Assembly (NCBI GenBank): GCA_046760905.1
Contig: JBHIFB010000002.1
Location: 18,772 to 82,771, forward strand
Reading direction: 5' to 3'
Length of the DNA: 64,000 nt
Source: Candidatus Glassbacteria bacterium
GTDB lineage: Bacteria > Gemmatimonadota > CAZMKB01
The translations under genes and the position numbers were made by a program. This document shows positions 1-8,352 of this stretch, one piece after another. Every line of letters starts with the position of its first letter. Positions within the stretch are counted from its first letter, which is position 1. The notes under the pieces were generated by a model. It was given only the letters and a program-made list of their open reading frames with translations. It did not search any database and was not told the DNA's origin.

Positions 1-105
1 AGGGATAAGGATGAAGCTTTCCCATGGGATTTCATAGATCATGGGATAGAGAAGGAATGTCTCTTACAGGAATGGGAGAAGGCGAAGAGAGAGGCCTCAG
101 GCTGA
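1..105 (+). CDS. 3' end of an unidentified CDS, partial, running in from upstream of the window (…[31 protein letters not shown])
   Basis: Open frame from base 1 to TGA at 103-105; convergent with rpmB and overlapping it by 9 nt. Product not recognised. Confidence 0.3.
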   Translation, partial: RDKDEAFPWDFIDHGIEKECLLQEWEKAKREASG

Positions 106-288
106 CTTCACCGCCACTTGCGACTTGATGCACCTCGTGCACACATAAATACGCCTGGTTGTTTTCCCGTCTGTGATCCTGACCCGCTGAAGATTCGGTA
201 ACCACCTGCGCTTCGTCCTGTTTTTTGCGTGACTCACGTTATTACCTGTAGATGGCCGCTTCCCGCAGATCTCACATACCTTAGCCAT
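97..288 (-). CDS. rpmB: 50S ribosomal protein L28
   Basis: 63 aa; [34 protein letters not shown] is the canonical L28 signature. Confidence 0.9.
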   Translation of the reverse strand: MAKVCEICGKRPSTGNNVSHAKNRTKRRWLPNLQRVRITDGKTTRRIYVCTRCIKSQVAVKSA

Positions 289-344
289 GATAGGATACTC
301 CTTCTTAATTCGGCCTTACAATATAATAAAGCGGCGGCAGCGGG

Positions 345-623
345 TCAACCCCTTATTCTTCCCACCACAGGCGGCCATATCACATTCCACAGTTCCCAGG
401 CCGTGATCACAATCAAGCAGAACATCGACACTATCAGACGACCGGCATTAATGTAATGTTCGTAGTATATCCCAGGAGCAACCATCACCGTATCGCCATC
501 CGAAGTTCCGTTGATTCCTGCTTGAATTGTTGAGGAGTAGGGAGGTACATTCATTATATTTACCTGGAGTGTGGAAATGCAGATCGCAGGAAGAATATTA
601 GGAATGAGGAAAGAGTATCTGTA
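345..623 (-). pseudogene. Possible decayed N-terminal fragment of a secreted right-handed beta-helix protein
   Basis: Minus-strand frame encodes …STIQAGINGTSDGDTVMVAPGIYYEHYINAGR. This matches the characteristic start of pectate-lyase-fold beta-helix domains (sIqaAIdaAspGDTI-v-pGtY-E). It degenerates within 25 codons and lies in a 490-bp divergent intergenic gap. Confidence 0.3.
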
Positions 624-780
624 CATTGGAATCTGCCTTATTCTCTCATCGGGGGTACAGTTGACAGTAGAAACGCTATTTGTTAATTTCATCCATAAAT
701 TGTAGCATGTCATGTGACGGTACACAGTATCTAGCCTTACGTCATTTACTGATCTCAGAGAGAAGGAAGCAGGGTTCTGA

Positions 781-2100
781 ATGGCCAAGCCGAAAAGGAA
801 TACGCTCGAGGCCGGGATAGTAGAGCGCAGGGCTCTCGTCTCTGTCATCGGCCTGGGTTATGTAGGATTGCCCCTCGCACTCACTTATATAAAGGCCGGA
901 TTCAATGTCCTGGGACTTGAAGTCGACAAGCAAAAGCTCGCACTCCTCTCAAGGGGCGAATCCGGTATTGTTGACGTGGAGAATGAAGAGCTCGCAAAAT
1001 GCCTCGAAAAAGATGAACTCAGGATTACAGATGATTTCTCGAGGCTGTCTGAATCGGACATCATGGCGATCTGCGTCCCGACGCCTCTTGATAAAACTAA
1101 AAGTCCGGATGTATCCTATCTCCTGGATGCGACAAAGCAGATAAAAAAATACCTTCAGAGGGGGCAGCTGGTCATTCTTGAGAGTACCACCTACCCCGGT
1201 ACAACCCAAGAGCTAATATGCCCGATTCTCGAGGAGACAGGCCTCACAGTTGGTGACGACTTCTTTCTAGCATACTCCCCGGAGAGAGTGGATCCCGGAA
1301 ATAGAAAATTCTCTATCGCAAACACGCCCAAGGTGCTGGGAGGCATCACTGACCGGTGCCTTTACTATGCCAAGCTCTTCTATGAGCAGGTCGTTGACAG
1401 CGTAATCCCGGTATCCAGCGCGAAATCCGCCGAGATGGTGAAGTTGCTCGAGAACACCTTCAGGAGCGTCAACATAGCACTTGTCAACGAGGTCGCACTC
1501 ATGTGCAATGTCCTGGGGATCGACGTGTGGGAAGTGATAGATGCCGCTGCAACAAAGCCTTTCGGATACATGAGATTCTACCCCGGTCCGGGTCTGGGTG
1601 GGCATTGTATTCCAATCGATCCGCATTATCTTTCATGGAAGCTCAAGAGCCTTAACTACTATGCGAGGTTTATCGAACTCGCAGGTGAGATAAACTCTAA
1701 CATGCCGAGGTTCGTGATGGGGAAAGTGATGAAGGGGCTCAATGAGGATGGTAAAAGCGTGAAAGGGTCCGGGGTTCTCGTCTTGGGTGTGGCGTATAAA
1801 GCGAATATTAATGATGTGAGGGAATCGCCGGCACTGGATATCATCCGTCTCCTCCAGGAGAGCGGGGCGGATGTTCTCTATCATGATCCCTTCGTACCAT
1901 CACTCATGCTGGACGGGGAGGAATTCAACTCGACTCCCCTCACGGGCGAGCTTCTCCAGAAGTTGGACTGTCTCGTCATCACGACCGATCACTCGGATCT
2001 CGACTATGGCTGGATAGCCTCGCATTCGAAGCTAATTGTCGATTCACGGAATGCGACCAAAAACCTGGGTCAAACGAAGGCTCGAATAGTAAGGCTATAA
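781..2100 (+). CDS. Nucleotide-sugar dehydrogenase, UDP-N-acetyl-hexosamine 6-dehydrogenase family (WbpO/WbpA/WecC-like)
   Basis: 439 aa; N-terminal Rossmann motif VIGLGYVGLPLALTY; catalytic-Cys region GPGLGGHCIPID; C-terminal UDPG_MGDP_dh domain pattern. Confidence 0.85.
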   Translation: MAKPKRNTLEAGIVERRALVSVIGLGYVGLPLALTYIKAGFNVLGLEVDKQKLALLSRGESGIVDVENEELAKCLEKDELRITDDFSRLSESDIMAICVPTPLDKTKSPDVSYLLDATKQIKKYLQRGQLVILESTTYPGTTQELICPILEETGLTVGDDFFLAYSPERVDPGNRKFSIANTPKVLGGITDRCLYYAKLFYEQVVDSVIPVSSAKSAEMVKLLENTFRSVNIALVNEVALMCNVLGIDVWEVIDAAATKPFGYMRFYPGPGLGGHCIPIDPHYLSWKLKSLNYYARFIELAGEINSNMPRFVMGKVMKGLNEDGKSVKGSGVLVLGVAYKANINDVRESPALDIIRLLQESGADVLYHDPFVPSLMLDGEEFNSTPLTGELLQKLDCLVITTDHSDLDYGWIASHSKLIVDSRNATKNLGQTKARIVRL

Positions 2101-2122
2101 AATAACAAGGAGGCATCTTGGA

Positions 2123-3070
2123 ATGCGAATACTAGTGACTGGAGGAGCGGGATTCATAGGGTCACACGTGGTCGACAGGTACATAGAGAGAGGACATGAG
2201 GTTACTGTGATCGATAACCTGTCCACCGGCAAGCGGCAGAATGTTAACAAGGATGCGAGATTCTACGAGATGGACATTCAGGATCCTTCGCTGAGAGGCA
2301 TCTTTGAACATGGTTGTTTTGATGTCGTAAACCACCATGCGGCGCAGATAGATGTGAGGGTGAGCGTGGCCGATCCCATTAGAGACGCGAGGACGAACGT
2401 CCTCGGTTTTCTCAACATCATGGAGAACGTGAAACGATTCGATGTGGGAAGAACGATCCTGATCTCCTCCGGGGGGGTAATCTACGGTGAAACACCCGAT
2501 GAACCGGCAACGGAAGTATCGCTCAAACGTCCCTTTTCTCCTTATGGAGTCACGAAGTATGCCTCGGAACAGTATCTATTCTACTACCACAATGTGCATG
2601 GCATAGAAGGCGTTACTCTCCGGTACAGTAACGTATACGGTCCACGTCAGGATCCTTTTGGTGAGGCCGGAGTCGTTGCGATATTCTCGAAGAATCTCCT
2701 GAAGGGGGAAACACTCACCATATACGGCGACGGAGAGCAGGAGAGAGATTACGTGTTCGTCGATGATGTGGTGGAAGCTAACATGATCATGACCGAATCC
2801 AAGCTGAGCAATGCCTGTGACAGTGTCGATGACCTGGCCTTCAACGTCGGAACGGGATCGTCCGCCAGCGTGAACGAGCTCGCAAGGATTATGATAGAAA
2901 TCGCCGGCTCGAATAGCAAGCCGGTTTATGCACCCCCACGGGCGGGTGAGCTTCTGAGAAACTGCCTGAGCTGTGACAGGATCACCTCGCATTTCGACTG
3001 GCGGGTAAAGACCGCATTCAGACAGGGTCTTGAGAAGACTTACAACTGGTTCGCCGAGCAGAATATTTAA
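2123..3070 (+). CDS. NAD-dependent sugar nucleotide epimerase/dehydratase (GalE/WbpP-like short-chain dehydrogenase/reductase)
   Basis: MRILVTGGAGFIGSHVV Rossmann motif; YGVTKYASEQY catalytic YxxxK; 22 nt downstream of the dehydrogenase. Confidence 0.85.
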   Translation: MRILVTGGAGFIGSHVVDRYIERGHEVTVIDNLSTGKRQNVNKDARFYEMDIQDPSLRGIFEHGCFDVVNHHAAQIDVRVSVADPIRDARTNVLGFLNIMENVKRFDVGRTILISSGGVIYGETPDEPATEVSLKRPFSPYGVTKYASEQYLFYYHNVHGIEGVTLRYSNVYGPRQDPFGEAGVVAIFSKNLLKGETLTIYGDGEQERDYVFVDDVVEANMIMTESKLSNACDSVDDLAFNVGTGSSASVNELARIMIEIAGSNSKPVYAPPRAGELLRNCLSCDRITSHFDWRVKTAFRQGLEKTYNWFAEQNI

Positions 3071-3079
3071 AGGCGGTTT

Positions 3080-3805
3080 ATGATGGAATATTACACAGTG
3101 ATGCTCTCGCTCATGCTTCAGGGGGGTAGTGGGAACGGATTCGGAGAGATTTTATTGAGAACAGGCGCATTCGCGAAAGTAATACTTTTGATTATATTCT
3201 TCCTCTCTGTCTTCGCCTGGGCTATCATGTATCATAAGTACCGCTTGTTAAAGAGGGTGGGAATGGAAAATGGCAGATTCCTCGCCCTTTTCAGAAAAGC
3301 GAATGCACTGGAAGATGCCCTCACCGCCTCCAGGGAATTCTCTCGCTCCACCCTGCTCAAGCTGATGAACGCTGGCTACAGAGAGCTCAAAGAGCTTGCT
3401 AACATCAACCACTCATCCGGTAACAGCATAAACAGCTCCGGGGTACGGGAAGACATCCTCATGACCCTTGAGAGAGCGATATCGGGAGAACTCAGAGAGC
3501 TCGAGAGATATCTCGTCTTTCTTGCCATAGTCTCCACTATAGCTCCTTTTCTGGGACTTCTGGGCACCGTTTGGGGTATTATGCATGCGTTCATGGATAT
3601 AGGAACTTACGGCTCGGCGAATCTCAGCGTCGTGGGACCAGGGATCGCTGAGGCACTTATCACAACCATCGCCGGACTCGGTGCGGCCATTCCTGCTGTT
3701 ATGGGGTATAATTATTTCGTGAGCAAGGTCAAATCGATGACCGATGAGATGGATAATTTCGCAAGCGAGTTCATGAGCAGCCTCATAAAACGGGGTGTTA
3801 TGTGA
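3080..3805 (+). CDS. tolQ: Tol-Pal system protein TolQ (MotA/TolQ/ExbB proton channel)
   Basis: 241 aa, 3 transmembrane helices; LGLLGTVWGIMHAF and GPGIAEALITTIAGL family motifs; followed by tolR-tolA-tolB. Confidence 0.8.
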   Translation: MMEYYTVMLSLMLQGGSGNGFGEILLRTGAFAKVILLIIFFLSVFAWAIMYHKYRLLKRVGMENGRFLALFRKANALEDALTASREFSRSTLLKLMNAGYRELKELANINHSSGNSINSSGVREDILMTLERAISGELRELERYLVFLAIVSTIAPFLGLLGTVWGIMHAFMDIGTYGSANLSVVGPGIAEALITTIAGLGAAIPAVMGYNYFVSKVKSMTDEMDNFASEFMSSLIKRGVM

Positions 3806-4209
3806 GACGAAGAAAACTCCCGACAGCGATGTCCGACATCAATGTGACGAATCTCGTTGATGTGACACTGGTCTTACTCATAATCATCATGATCACCGCA
3901 CCGCTCATGCAGACGGGTCTAGATATACATCTTCCGAAGGCGACCGCCACGAAAAAGGATATTTTCGAAGGTATTATAGTGAACATGACCAAAGATGGCG
4001 CCATCTACCTGGGGAATAAGAAGGTGAGCAGAAAGGAGTTTGAGCCTGAGTTCAGGAAACTCCTGGCAGAGAGCCAGAGTGGCCCGGTGTATCTGAAAGC
4101 CGACGAAGAAGTCCCATATGGTGAAGTTGTGTCCCTCATCGGTTTGATGAAGAATGTTGGTACCGGTGAGCTGGGATTGATAACAGAGCCTGAGGTGGAG
4201 AGGAGGTAG
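3802..4209 (+). CDS. tolR: Tol-Pal system protein TolR (ExbD/TolR family)
   Basis: 135 aa; MSDINVTNLVDVTLVLLIIIMITAPL single transmembrane helix; 4-nt overlap with tolQ. Confidence 0.8.
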   Translation: MRRRKLPTAMSDINVTNLVDVTLVLLIIIMITAPLMQTGLDIHLPKATATKKDIFEGIIVNMTKDGAIYLGNKKVSRKEFEPEFRKLLAESQSGPVYLKADEEVPYGEVVSLIGLMKNVGTGELGLITEPEVERR

Positions 4210-4223
4210 GGGGTGATCCGAGA

Positions 4224-4829
4224 ATGCGAAAGGCGCTTCTTTTCTCCTTCGTTTCACACATTCTCTTGGTGGTAGCTCTTGTGATAGGCGGGCTGGGCAG
4301 AGGTTCCGCCCAGGCGCCCCCAAAGGTGTACAAGATCAAACTGGTCAGTGCACCCCCAGCTCCCAAAGAGAAAAAGAAGCCGACCAGGGAAACAGGCAAT
4401 GTAACTCCTCCTCCCCCGGTGAAGGTTAAAAAGATAAGGCCCAAAAGGAAGAAGGTGGAGGAACGGATAAAGAAGGAGGTATCACGGAGGCCCAAGGTAA
4501 AAGACAGCGGTGAGAAGAAGGGCGTGGGAGGTGTCGAGCTTGAGGGGGAGGAATTCCCGTTCCCGTATTACCTCGAACTCTTCGTCACTAAGATCAGCCG
4601 TAACTGGAAGAATCCGGTCAACCAGCCTGAAAACGAACTCTCTGCTCTGGTGTATTTCAGGATAACGAGAACAGGGAGGATTTCGGATATATCGCTCAAG
4701 AAGGGCTCGGGGAATTTTATTTACGATCAAGCGGCTATGAGAGCCGTGCTCGCCTCGAACCCGCTTCCGCCTCTGCCGGACGGGTATGCCGGAGATTTCC
4801 TGGGAGTAACCTGTGAAATCGTACCTTAA
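4224..4829 (+). CDS. tolA: TolA/TonB-family energy transducer (N-terminal transmembrane helix, Pro/Lys-rich linker, TonB_C-like domain)
   Basis: N-terminal transmembrane helix, proline-lysine rich linker (PPAPKEKKKPT…PPPPVKVKKIRPKRKK), C-terminal domain; position between tolR and tolB. Confidence 0.65.
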   Translation: MRKALLFSFVSHILLVVALVIGGLGRGSAQAPPKVYKIKLVSAPPAPKEKKKPTRETGNVTPPPPVKVKKIRPKRKKVEERIKKEVSRRPKVKDSGEKKGVGGVELEGEEFPFPYYLELFVTKISRNWKNPVNQPENELSALVYFRITRTGRISDISLKKGSGNFIYDQAAMRAVLASNPLPPLPDGYAGDFLGVTCEIVP

Positions 4830-6147
4830 TTATTTACTGCCGGTACTTGCATTACTGGCCGCAGTAAGCTTTCTCTTCAATGCAGCCCCAGGTCAGGAGG
4901 AGATACGGGTCAAGATCGGCTCCTCAGGCAGGGGTGAGATAAGGCTGGGCGTTGAGCCCTTCCAGATGAAGTCCAACCAGGGAGAGTTAAAACAGTACCA
5001 GCAGGTCGCCTACTCCGTCATCCTGGCGGATCTTCGATTTTCACTTCGGTTGGATGTCGTTGAACTCGATGAGCCCCTCAGGTTAAATTCAAATCCCGAC
5101 CCAAAAATAGCACGAGAAAAGCGATCTAAAGCGTGGCTTGAAAGAGGTGTAGATGTCCTCGTCCGGGGAGAAATCTCCAGAGAGGGCCGGGAGTTAGAGC
5201 TTGGTATCGCCCTTGAAGGACCATCAAGCAAATCGCCGGTACTGGAGCGGACATATAAGGCCCGGAGGTCCGACTTCAGGAAAGTCATTCACAAGATATC
5301 AGATGACATCATATACGCGATGACAGGCGAGCGGGGGATCAGTCAGACAAGTATCGGATTTATTTCGAAGAGAACCGGGACCAAGGAACTGTTCATCTCC
5401 GACTACGACGGCTTCAACGAGAGGCAACTCACGAGAAATCGCTCGATAAACCTTTCACCCGAGTGGTCTCCTTTTGGTGATGAGATCATATTCACCTCTT
5501 TCAGGGAAGGGAATCCTGATCTCTATATAATAAATGTGAAAAACGGCGCAGTCCGGAAATACATCAATTATCCGGGTATCAACAGTGCCGCTGCATGGTC
5601 CCCTGATGGGAAGGAGATCGCAGTGACACTCAGCAAGGATGGTAACCCGGAGATCTACATAGTGGAATTCTGGACCGGCAAGATACGGAGGCTCACTTAC
5701 AGTAAAGGCATCGACACCTCGCCTGCCTGGTCGCCGACGGGAAAGGAGATCGCTTTCACGTCCGATCGGGCCGGAACTCCTGCCATATATGTCATGGACA
5801 GGGATGGGTCGAACGTGAGAAGACTCACCTTTGTAGGAAATTACAATGCCTCACCCGCCTGGTCCCCACTGGGAGATCGTATCGCCTTTGTGGGGAGAAG
5901 CGTTGATGAGGGAAACACAGATCTCTACGTTGTAGACGTCACGGATGAAGAGGTTATGAGAATTTCAGCAATCGGTGATAACGTCGATCCAGATTGGTCT
6001 CCCGATGGATATCACATTGCCTTCGCTTCCAACAGGGATGGCGCCTATGACATATACACCATCACGTGGGATGGTGCACAACTCAGGCGGATTACTTACA
6101 GCGGACAGAACTATTCTCCGACGTGGTCGCCAGTGATGATCGAATAA
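4813..6147 (+). CDS. tolB: Tol-Pal system beta-propeller protein TolB
   Basis: 444 aa; signal peptide; repeated W-S-P-D-G-K-E-I-A/F blades (AWSPDGKEIA, PAWSPTGKEIAF, PAWSPLGDRIAF, PDWSPDGYHIAF). Confidence 0.85.
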   Translation: MKSYLNYLLPVLALLAAVSFLFNAAPGQEEIRVKIGSSGRGEIRLGVEPFQMKSNQGELKQYQQVAYSVILADLRFSLRLDVVELDEPLRLNSNPDPKIAREKRSKAWLERGVDVLVRGEISREGRELELGIALEGPSSKSPVLERTYKARRSDFRKVIHKISDDIIYAMTGERGISQTSIGFISKRTGTKELFISDYDGFNERQLTRNRSINLSPEWSPFGDEIIFTSFREGNPDLYIINVKNGAVRKYINYPGINSAAAWSPDGKEIAVTLSKDGNPEIYIVEFWTGKIRRLTYSKGIDTSPAWSPTGKEIAFTSDRAGTPAIYVMDRDGSNVRRLTFVGNYNASPAWSPLGDRIAFVGRSVDEGNTDLYVVDVTDEEVMRISAIGDNVDPDWSPDGYHIAFASNRDGAYDIYTITWDGAQLRRITYSGQNYSPTWSPVMIE

Positions 6148-6183
6148 TCATGCTCACGCCGTAAAAGCGGGAGCAGAAAGAGG

Positions 6184-7008
6184 GTGATAATAGTGAAAGA
6201 AGTGAGCTGGTACACACTGACAGCTTTCTCTGTGCTGGTTATCTCAGTAGGGTGTGCAACACACAAGGACATTGTGAGGTTGGAACAGAGGCTGAGTGCC
6301 TCTGAGGAGAGGGAACAGTACCTCCAGCAGAAAGTTGCGAACCTGGACAGCCTCGCGACTGAACAGGCGAATCTTCTCTACAGCATAAGAGCGGAACTCA
6401 GGACAGGGCTAGATATGGTTGCAAGGAACATGGAGGCGGTAGGGGAGGTCGTGAAATACGGCGAAAGGGAGGATTATAGCCTGGGGCCTCTGGCCAGGGA
6501 GGCGGAGGAAGCAGGAGATCAACAACCAGCCGAGATGACTCCGAAGGACGAGGAGATTCTGGTCGCTGAAGGGGAACTCACACCACAGGCACCATCCGAA
6601 GAGCCGGTCAAGCAGCCTGAAGAATCGGGGGAAACCCAGGGGCGAACTATGTACGACACGGCTTATCTGGATATGGTAAGAGGCAATTATGATCTTGCGA
6701 TACAGGGGTTTCTGCGGTTTATCGAGATCGGATCCCGGGAAGAGCTGAAGGACAATGCGCAATACTGGATAGGGGAGAGCTATTATGCAATGGGTAAGTA
6801 CGATGAGGCTATCGCTGCCTTCCAGAAGGTAATCGATGAATATCCGAGGGGAAACAAAGTGCCTTCCGCACTGTTCAAAATAGGGAAGTGTTACTACGAG
6901 CTGGATGACTCCGAAGAAGCCTCGAGGTATTTTCAGTCGGTAGTCGGGGGGTACCCTCATTCTGAGGAGGCGCAGCTCGCGAGAGAATACCTTACAGACC
7001 TGAGGTGA
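6184..7008 (+). CDS. ybgF: Tol-Pal system protein YbgF/CpoB (coiled coil plus TPR, lipoprotein-type signal)
   Basis: Signal …VISVGC; N-terminal coiled coil (LEQRLSASEEREQYLQQKVANLD); C-terminal TPR block YDTAYLDMVRGNYDLAIQGF…NAQYWIGESYYAMGKYDEAI typical of CpoB. Confidence 0.75.
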   Translation: MIIVKEVSWYTLTAFSVLVISVGCATHKDIVRLEQRLSASEEREQYLQQKVANLDSLATEQANLLYSIRAELRTGLDMVARNMEAVGEVVKYGEREDYSLGPLAREAEEAGDQQPAEMTPKDEEILVAEGELTPQAPSEEPVKQPEESGETQGRTMYDTAYLDMVRGNYDLAIQGFLRFIEIGSREELKDNAQYWIGESYYAMGKYDEAIAAFQKVIDEYPRGNKVPSALFKIGKCYYELDDSEEASRYFQSVVGGYPHSEEAQLAREYLTDLR

Positions 7009-7011
7009 ACT

Positions 7012-7497
7012 ATGAAGTGCCCATACTGCGGTCATGAGGAAGATAAGGTTGTTGACTCTCGCTCATCGAGGGAGGGAAAGGCTGTGAGGAGGAGGAGGGA
7101 GTGTCTTAAGTGCAAGAAGAGGTATACCACATACGAGTACATTGAACAGGTACCGTTGATGGTTGTGAAAAGGGATGGGAAGAGGGAGCCTTTCGACAGG
7201 CAGAAGCTCTTGATCGGCATAGTCACCGCCTGTAAGAAGAGACCGATCACCACTGAGATGATCGAGGGCATTGTCGATGAGATCGAGAGGGATCTGGAGA
7301 GCCTCGAGCTGAAGGAGATCGAAAGCATCGAGCTCGGGAAGAAAGTCATGGAGAAACTCCAGGCGATCGACCATGTAGCATACGTCCGCTTCGCCTCCGT
7401 ATACAGGAAGTTCAAAGACACGACGGAGTTTCTTCGGGAGATCGAGGAGCTCCTCGGTCAGAGAGCGACTTCCTCCGGGGAGAGGAAAGGAAAATAA
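7012..7497 (+). CDS. nrdR: Transcriptional repressor NrdR
   Basis: [42 protein letters not shown] zinc ribbon plus ATP-cone. Confidence 0.9.
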   Translation: MKCPYCGHEEDKVVDSRSSREGKAVRRRRECLKCKKRYTTYEYIEQVPLMVVKRDGKREPFDRQKLLIGIVTACKKRPITTEMIEGIVDEIERDLESLELKEIESIELGKKVMEKLQAIDHVAYVRFASVYRKFKDTTEFLREIEELLGQRATSSGERKGK

Positions 7498-7512
7498 TAA
7501 GCAGGGAGAGAG

Positions 7513-8352
7513 ATGGACACGGGAGAGGAGAAGCGAGAACTTATTAAGCACCAGGAACCGGCTGTTACCCGGGAATCACTGCACGTGAAGAGATCCGATC
7601 TCTCAGCTGAGGATGAACTGGCTGAGATGTCGTTCCTCGATCACCTCGAGGAGCTGAGGATGCGGTTGCTATGGTCGATTGGGACAGTGTTTGTGATGAC
7701 AATCCTTGGCTTCGTGATCACGCAGAGAGGAGGAGTCATTGCCTTCCTCACGCGCCCCGTTCTGCCGTATCTGGAGTCCTCGAAGCTCGCCTACCTCAGC
7801 CCGACCGAACCGATTATAATGACATTCAAGGTGTCCTTCTTTCTCGGGCTCCTGCTTTCGCTGCCAGTACTCTTCTACCATTTCTGGGCATTCATCGCTC
7901 CTGCGCTACTCAAGGAGGAGAAGAGAATATTCTTCCCGGCAATTTTCTTCTCCGTTATCCTCTTCGGGCTGGGAGTCGTCATGGCATTCTTCGTAGTCAT
8001 GCCGATGGGTCTGAAATTCCTCCTGTCTTTCCAGACCCAAAGCCTCAAGCCCATGATAACAATCAGGGAGTATCTGAAATTCGCCACGAACATGTCACTC
8101 GTGTTCGGTGCCGTATTCGAACTACCCCTTGTGATAGTGATCCTCACAAAGCTGGGAATAGTTACACCTCGGACGTTGAGGACGAAGAGACGGTATGCTA
8201 TCGTTTCCATATGCATCTTCTCGGCTATTCTCACCCCTGCTGATATACTGACCATGATGATGATGTGCCTGCCGCTTCTGCTGCTCTTCGAGGTGAGTGT
8301 ATGGCTTTCGGCGTTGATATACAGAAGAAGGGAATCAGAGCTGGCTGGATAG
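7513..8352 (+). CDS. tatC: Sec-independent protein translocase TatC
   Basis: MSFLDHLEELRMRLLWSI start motif and 6 transmembrane helix pattern. Confidence 0.9.
   Translation: MDTGEEKRELIKHQEPAVTRESLHVKRSDLSAEDELAEMSFLDHLEELRMRLLWSIGTVFVMTILGFVITQRGGVIAFLTRPVLPYLESSKLAYLSPTEPIIMTFKVSFFLGLLLSLPVLFYHFWAFIAPALLKEEKRIFFPAIFFSVILFGLGVVMAFFVVMPMGLKFLLSFQTQSLKPMITIREYLKFATNMSLVFGAVFELPLVIVILTKLGIVTPRTLRTKRRYAIVSICIFSAILTPADILTMMMMCLPLLLLFEVSVWLSALIYRRRESELAG

Noticed and set aside
757-780. GAAGGAAGCAGG resembles the SRP (4.5S) RNA domain IV motif GGAAGGAAGCAGC
   Set aside because: The flanking GUCAGGUCCGG and closing helix are absent. The motif sits right at the ribosome-binding site position of the dehydrogenase gene.
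4330-4510. Low-complexity Pro/Lys repeats in tolA
   Set aside because: Typical TolA/TonB periplasm-spanning linker, not a repetitive DNA element.
6147-6184. Expected pal (OmpA-family lipoprotein) between tolB and ybgF
   Set aside because: Only 36 nt separate the two genes, so no gene can be there. Reported as absence rather than as a feature.
6409-7035. 208-aa minus-strand ORF, and many similar antisense ORFs (e.g. 12147-12794, 52203-52886, 50507-51268, 63129-63749)
   Set aside because: Each is fully embedded opposite a strongly supported conserved gene (ybgF, M4 protease, RND, dnaJ). Their compositions mirror the sense strand. No recognisable motifs.
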